The notes below the pieces were generated by a model. It was given only the letters and a program-made list of their open reading frames with translations, did not search any database and was not told the origin of the DNA. This document shows positions 57,259 through 64,000 of a stretch of 64,000 nucleotides of DNA, in pieces; within the stretch, counting starts at the first letter, position 1, and the number at the start of each line of letters is the position of its first letter. The stretch spans positions 17,174,001 to 17,238,000 of the forward strand of contig CM022665.1 in NCBI GenBank assembly GCA_012295275.1, given 5' to 3'. The stretch comes from Chrysomallon squamiferum. Taxonomy: Eukaryota > Animalia > Mollusca. The position numbers and the translations under genes are program-made.

Positions 57259-57689
57259 CTGCACACAAAAATTATAAATTCATGATAAACATTAAGTTCA
57301 GTTAATAAAATATAAACCATTGAAGCTAATTCTTCTGTCCCCTGTTATGAAATAACGTGGCAGTTATTCTGATACGGTACTGCACAGAAAGCGATATGAT
57401 GGTATGGCACGAAGCAGCATAATGAGAGAGGACAAAAATAAGGTTCAGAAGAGTGACCAACATTCCACCAGCGTACCCTGTGACAATAAACATTTTACTT
57501 GTTTACTAAATGTCACATGACAATAAAACATGACATAATACATTATTTACATATGTTTGTTTGTTGTTCTTGTTTTTTTTGGTTTTTTTTTTTTTGTTGG
57601 TTTTTTTGCTGTTTGTGTGTTTATTACTGTCTTTATTTAATTAAAAGGGCTATAGTTCTTTACGATTCAAATTATAAATATGTTACGTT

Positions 57690-57975
57690 TTTCGAGTTAA
57701 AAAGTTACAAGTGTGTTACATGATATAAAATATTCCACTTAAGGGAGTATAAGTGCGTTACATGATACATATGATTCACTTAAAATAAAATAAGTATGTT
57801 AGATGACAGATATAATTTAACTTAAAGGAATATAAGTATGTTATATGATAGATATTATTTGACTTACTGGAATATAAGTACGTCAGATGACATATGATTT
57901 AACTTAAAGGAATATAAGTATATAGTTTACATGACAGATATGATTTAACTTAAAGGAATATAATGAGTTATATGT
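57690..57975. repeat. Minisatellite, ~40-bp unit, ~7 copies
   Basis: AACTTAAAGGAATATAAGTATGTTACATGACAGATATGATTT repeated head-to-tail. Confidence 0.9.
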
Positions 57976-58573
57976 TAAGCAAAAGTCATTTGACGTAAAG
58001 TTTACATCTGTATCAGTAGTCAGTGGACAAAATTCTATATAAACAAGCATATAGATTTTATATGTTCAGTAAAAACTGTGAGTAAATCTCCTGGGATGAA
58101 ATTCTCTATGGCATTTATCCCTCTTTTATTCAGAACTGCCATCTCCATTCTTGCCCTTGAAAGGCTGACGTCTTAGTAAGTAAAGATTTTATCGTAATTC
58201 TAGTTTATTTGAGCTTTCCTCTCTCCAACCTGTGGTTTGGCTAACCTTGAAGGAAAGCGGAACTGCCACAAACAGGTTGTCCAAATAATAATACACTTCG
58301 TGTTGACTGACCATGAGCTCGGAAGACCGGAACTTTGCGCTTTGGTGTGGAAACACTCAGGATTAAGAATCGCTAATTAGTGGTATGCTCCGATTCTTTT
58401 CTTGTTTTGTTTTGTTTTTGTCTACTTGAGTGAAAGTGTCCTACGTAGTGTGTGGATTGTGGAATGACAAACAAAAAAAAAAAAAATTACATGAAAACGA
58501 ATCTCTTGGTATAATTAACCGAAAAAAAAAGAAATCCACTCAAAATATTTTTACACATACAAATACAATACAT

Positions 58574-58626
<53 letters not shown>

Positions 58627-59742
58627 CATACATACATGCATTCATACATATATTGGAGGCAGGCAAGCCCGCACACACGTATACATTTATGCATACAACT
58701 ATAGTAACAGTCTTTGTTCACCATACTCATCTCGTACCATTTGTACTAGTTCAGTTAATGACACGGAACCGCCAGTGATAGTAAATAGGTCAATGTTCTC
58801 AGTATTTGTTCAATTAATTCTTTTTTTCTTTCATTGGCTGTAGAATGTCAGATATTTGATACATTAATATTAAGCAGACGAATGCTAAGAATTAACTAGG
58901 TGAATCATACAGACGCAGAGAACGAGAGAAGAGAAAGATAACGAGACAGACAGAATCAGATAGAAAGATTGTTTACTGTGAATTTTATATCGCCTTATAA
59001 CACGAACTAAATGGGTGAAACGAGATGTCCATCTCTTATATTGTATGGCTTGGGTCTGAAAATTTCACTGGATTCCACTTGACAGCAAGAATCCACAAAA
59101 AAACAGTTTACCACTAGAAATATATTAACTTCAATCAATAATTCAGAATAAAAGAAAAGCATAACTTCCTTTTTGTTAAATACTAATGTTAAAAATGCGA
59201 TCGCGTATTGGATTCTAATATTAAAATAATCCAATTATTTTAGGCTTAATATAAAAATATATTTGTATAATGCGATCGCTTATTGGATTCTATATCTAAT
59301 GTATATCGCTAAAAATATCAAAGACAATTCATTGAATCACTATTAATCCAGAAACAAAAATTTCAGAAAACTTTGCCAAACGATATAAGTTAAGACATGA
59401 TACTTCTTTTAAAAAGACTTAACTGTTTAATAATTATTTTATTCCACGTCTGTATTTTTTTTAATACTTTTGTGAATTCGAAATAGTGTACATTGTTCAT
59501 CTATAATGAAATTAGCAAACAACCATCAGAAGAAATCCGCAGAAGAATAAGAATTTTGTTTACATATCATGACGACACTAAGCACACTTCAGTTTGATTC
59601 TCACGAATGCACTGATCCTCACTTTCAACAAACCATCACTTCCCCAGTCAATAAAAGCTGGAAATCTGAGCATTCCTGTTGAACTCTTTATCCCAAATCC
59701 TTTGCGTTGTTTCAACTGTCAAAGGTCTGGGCATGGACATTC

Positions 59743-60120
59743 CGCCAGTGGTAACTTCGGACTTCGGTAATTTCAGACTGGTAATCTCGACCCCCTTTTA
59801 AATTGTTGGAGATCTTGATTCAGAATTATTTCCTACTCCCTAGATGGCAGCACTGATGCTTGCGTGTGAAAACGCTTTGTAAAGCTCAGCGATTTGGAAC
59901 TGTTCTGACATACACGGTTCTGTCTCGGGTCTCATTAATTAAGTTTGGTTTTAACGATTATTATTGAGTTAAAAGTAATAACGGTATTAGCCAAGCAGTA
60001 TCATCTAGACTGTAAAATATAAATGTTGTTGGATTTAATAAAGACGGAATATATTGCATAAACTGCACCAGTCCGAGGTTACCAGTCCGAGATTACCGAA
60101 GTCCGAGGTTACCGTAATTC
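59743..60120. mobile_element. Mutator-like/foldback MITE, 378 bp, TIRs built of three GGTAAyCTCGGACT units
   Basis: Left GGTAACTTCGGACTTCGGTAATTTCAGACTGGTAATCTCGAC is the inverted repeat of right GTCCGAGGTTACCAGTCCGAGATTACCGAAGTCCGAGGTTACC. The 9-bp TSD TGGACATTC (59734-59742) / TGGTCATTC (60121-60129) matches 8/9; 9-bp TSDs are typical of MULEs. Confidence 0.85.
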
Positions 60121-63100
60121 TGGTCATTCAGCTTGTAGGAATAAGTTGAAATCGTGTGAAAAAAAAAAAAATAAAAAAAAAAAAAATAAATAAAAAAATG
60201 TGTCGACAGCAGCGGTAATCATTTTGCACATTCACGTTAATTAAAAAGTAATGTTTTTAAAAGGACTTGTTGTATACCACGTGGTATCAGAAGTGCGATA
60301 AGAAGTGAAAACAGTAAGTTATTAACCTGCTGTTAAAACGTCTGACCAAATACCAGTGCCCAAACCGCTTTCGTCAGAAGGGAATGTTGCACAACAATTG
60401 GCTCCTTGGCTCGACCTCAGCAATACGAACTGTGCATCTCTGCAAGTTCGCTACTGAAAAAGATAAGAAAAGTAAAAATATGAAGTGAAAGATATTTGAA
60501 TTTCTTGCGGGTGAATCAGCGACACAGTTTTCCAACATATTAGTACTTGAAGATTGCACCAATAAGTCAAGTTCAATGATTATTGTTCGCTGAAAAACAC
60601 TAATCGCACGAACGACACTTTGTTCTACGAAAATAAATTATTTCCCCCAATTAAAATTATTACTGCATTACGGAAATAACCATGGAAAAATAACGGATTA
60701 ATGGTAATTTGACATTACGAAAATTCTTGTAATTAATTTTGCCCTACCTTTTCTTCTTCTTTTTTGTTTTTCTCCAAGCTTCAACAGAGAAAACGACACA
60801 TTTGGTAAATGTATTCAAATTTGTCATGCAGCAGAAATAGCAGCTACCTGTAATTACAAATGATAATACACATCAGTCAATAGTTGTTGATACAGTGGAC
60901 AAAATATTCATAAAATATTCAAAACCAATTATAAATTCATAACATTTCAGGATGGAGCACAAGGCCCAGCTTTTGAAATCATACACACATAAATCAAACA
61001 GCTGATCGAAAACAAAACACTGAACAGAAAGTATGTTTGGTTAATATATCATTCATCCAGAAAAGATAGAAAAATCTTGGATAGTATCAATTCTAATAAA
61101 CAAAACTCTTGTTCCAACAAAACATTAAGTCACAAAGATTTTCAAAGTAGAAACCAAAACTAAGCAGCAGTAACGTTTGGTTAAAAAGCTAACGATGGAG
61201 GGAGTGGTGTTGTAAGTATTAATATTCAAACAAATGAATTAATACATAACAAAAATGACTTACACTAATCTTTATTGTTCATTATTGGTTAATGATAAAT
61301 CAATGATCTGTTTACTGTGGAACTTCTTGGTACGAAATATGGTATTTAAGTACTATATGTTGTATTTCAAAAATATCTTTTCACCCTATTATTATTAAAT
61401 CTTACACATTATGGATTTTCTTATGGTTAATTCTTTAGATTTACAGTTGAACATATTATTTGCTATGTTTTTGCTACAGATCATGCACTTTCTACTTCAA
61501 GTGATAAATAATAAAAGACATAAAATATTATTACATTTACACTTTTTTTTTCTATTTAATATTAATTCAGCTGTTTCATGTTGTTTTTATTTTTATTATT
61601 TTTTGTTTTTTGCTGATAGAAAATTTAGTACACATATATATTCTATAGAAACACATGTCTGTGATGAATGCTAGCAGTTTGAATGATATATATATATATA
61701 TATATATACATACACATCAGTTTGGGTTGGAGATGCTCATGAAATGGGATAATTTAATATTTTTTAAAAAACCAAAAAATAAAAGTAACTATTTGTCATA
61801 AAAAAAATAATAATAAAAACTAGTTCCAGATTTTTATGGTAACAAAAGGGAATTATTTCCATCAAGTTTCAATAATACAGATTATTCGTAATACCTAATA
61901 ATCCCATTTAATGCAAGGAAAATAGGAGCTAGTTGTGTGGTTAGTGGTAAATGATTGCAGGGGAGTCAGTGGCCAAAGGGAATTAACTCTAGTTGTCTGG
62001 CCAATGCAATATAAGCACCACATGCGCAGAAAGCCATCTCTTCCATTCAAGCGCCATTTCAAAAATTCCCACCCACCCACTGCATAAAAATAAATGTCAT
62101 ATTCATAATACTGCTCTTGAGTCTTTTCTATTTTGGAGGGCTTAACAGCAAAAGAATCCAGTCAACAAGAGCACAAAGAGCCTGATGGACAAGATGCCAC
62201 CGTCATCGGCATCATGAGCAACGTACAGCCAGCTGAAGAAAACTGAATATTTAATTAAAAACGATTTTTTTTTTTTTTTTTTTTCATTAGATGTGTACCC
62301 CTTAAACCTTCATATGTTCATAGAAGCACCCCATGGTTACTGTTCACATTACTTTTAGTAATTTTTAGATCACTTTATATAAATCAATGTTTTATTCTCT
62401 ACTAGATATATTTGTAAAAAGTAATTCATGAATCTCACGGTGAAAAGTAACATCTTATACAACACTAGCATATGGAATGGCCCATTTTACACCATGCTGT
62501 AAAGACTTCGTTTACTTTCATTTTGTTTTGTGCTAACTGTATCTCCAGTTACGATAAATGTTCCAAACTTCGATTTTGATAATCACTCAGATTACTGAAG
62601 CTTGTATAACTTGTATACAGTCTTACCTACACTTACATGTTTTTCTGAGCAAAATCAGAACTTGATCAAAATCTTATATTTTTACTTAAATTCAGTTGTT
62701 CTTTTTCTGTTAATAAAATTACACACCAGCTATCACACGTACACTTATTATGTATGGTGTTAGATGGAAGTGTTAAATACAGTGCGAATAACTTATTTAT
62801 ACGTTTAAATCTTAGTTACATGCTTTTACTTGTAGACAGCTAAACTTGTTTCATTAATTGGAAGTTATTATTGTAATTTTATAAGGCTTATATATTTATT
62901 TTTTTTATTATTATTATTATTATTTACTTATTTATTTATTTTTTAAATAAAAAGATGTGATACTTTAAGAAAGTTATTATTCATTCTGTGAAATTCTAAA
63001 AATAAAAAAGAATAAAAAAAATATAAACAGTTAAAGGAAAGCAATGTTCCAGTGAATATGACATGGGGATTCAGTCTTTGTATTTTTTTTTAAATTTTTA

Positions 63101-63829
63101 ATGTTTATTATATATTTTTAAATATATATATTATTGGGTAACTATAAACCCAAAAGCTCTTTGAGGACATATTATCTGTCATTGTGGTCATCCTTAAAAA
63201 CTGATGGGCTAAGTTGATGGTCCATGGCTCAGCCTGAATCTCCAAATTGGCTCAACTTGTCCCAGTGTGAATTTTCAGAAGCGCTGCACTTCCATACTTA
63301 CTAAAGCATGCTATTTTACTTTCTTTCTTCTGTTTTGTTCGGTATTTGTAATCTTATCAAAACTGGAGAAGAATATCACTAGTATATTTGAATGTAATGA
63401 TCCTATATTATTAAATGCGAGAAAAGGTATACCGGACAAATGCGTGAGACATCCAAATACAGTTTCACATAATAATTTGTTTAACAGTTAAAAAAAAAAA
63501 GAAAAAAAGCTACGTTTGCCAATAAGAACTGTATGCAAGAGAAGGCAACAACAACATGTAATACTATTACAGTGACGATGACGACGACAACAGCAACTAC
63601 TATTATTACAACGACGAGAACGACGCAAAATCAAACGACGAAACGGAACTAAAAGAAAGAAACAATGTCAGCAGATAAGTATATATTTCAGAATGAAAAG
63701 ACGCAATGGCTCAGGAGAATTAATATTATTGTTATTGTTATTGTTATTTAACGGACGCATCCGTCCGTCCCTCCGTTAGCAACTCGCAATAAGAAGTACG
63801 GACATAGACCTCGGTTCGTTACAGTGATC

Positions 63830-63926
63830 GTCTACGGCCACACCACGTTGAAAACACTGGTTCTCGTCCGATTTCCGAAGTTAAGCTTCGTAGGGCTCGG
63901 TCAGTACTTGGGTGAGTACCGTAGAC
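63830..63926 (+). pseudogene. 5S rRNA: 5S rRNA-derived sequence (97 nt, internally deleted): pseudogene, variant or SINE3-like head
   Basis: GTCTACGGCCACACCACGTTGAAAACACTGGTTCTCGTCCGAT..CCGAAGTTAAGC..CGT.GGGC.CGGT.AGTACTTGG matches metazoan (mollusc-type) 5S rRNA. Box A AGTTAAGC is at +50-57, box C is altered, and ~20 nt are missing before the terminal GTAGAC. Confidence 0.9.
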
Positions 63927-63938
63927 ACATGCCGCTGC

Positions 63939-63944
63939 TTTTTT
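63939..63944 (+). terminator. Pol III terminator-like T6 run after the 5S-like sequence
   Basis: TTTTTT 12 nt downstream of GTAGAC, continuing into a pyrimidine-rich simple repeat. Confidence 0.45.
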
Positions 63945-64000
63945 CTTTTCTTTTCTTTTTTCTCTCTCTCTTCTTTCTTTTTCTTTCGTTTCTTTCTTTT

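Noticed and set aside
61895-62082. Minus-strand 61-aa ORF bounded by acceptor- and donor-like motifs
   Set aside because: No recognisable protein. Part of it (GGCCACT...ACCACTAACCAC..AACTA) loosely resembles 37040-37160 and looks like a decayed dispersed repeat.
63830-63926. Calling this a functional 5S rRNA gene
   Set aside because: It is 97 nt rather than ~120, lacks the 3' strand of helices IV/V, and has an altered box C and helix II mismatches.

Overview
This is eukaryotic, very AT-rich (roughly 30% GC by eye), microsatellite-dense DNA. The 5S rRNA-like sequence and the receptor type suggest a lophotrochozoan, probably a mollusc (inference). Only one protein-coding gene is well supported: a class A (rhodopsin-like) peptide-type GPCR at 5185-6405 (+) with an uninterrupted 406-aa ORF and several non-canonical activation motifs. 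The other ~57 kb is gene-poor. It holds non-autonomous DNA transposons whose TIRs and target-site duplications can be read directly (a hAT MITE, two Mutator/foldback-like elements, and a 3-copy CAGGGGCGGA MITE family). It also holds at least three retroposon-like families, many degenerate minisatellites and simple repeats, and a shortened 97-nt 5S rRNA derivative at the right edge. A few strong splice signals and small ORFs hint at unannotated spliced transcripts, but none could be assembled into a recognisable protein. Nearly all other ORFs in the track are microsatellite translations. I found no convincing evidence of a new multi-gene system. The best leads are the internally deleted 5S-like RNA that keeps a perfect terminal helix, the atypical orphan GPCR, and a SINE that sits in (TACA)n tracts at all three copies. 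Repeat boundaries were read by eye and are approximate unless a TSD is quoted.
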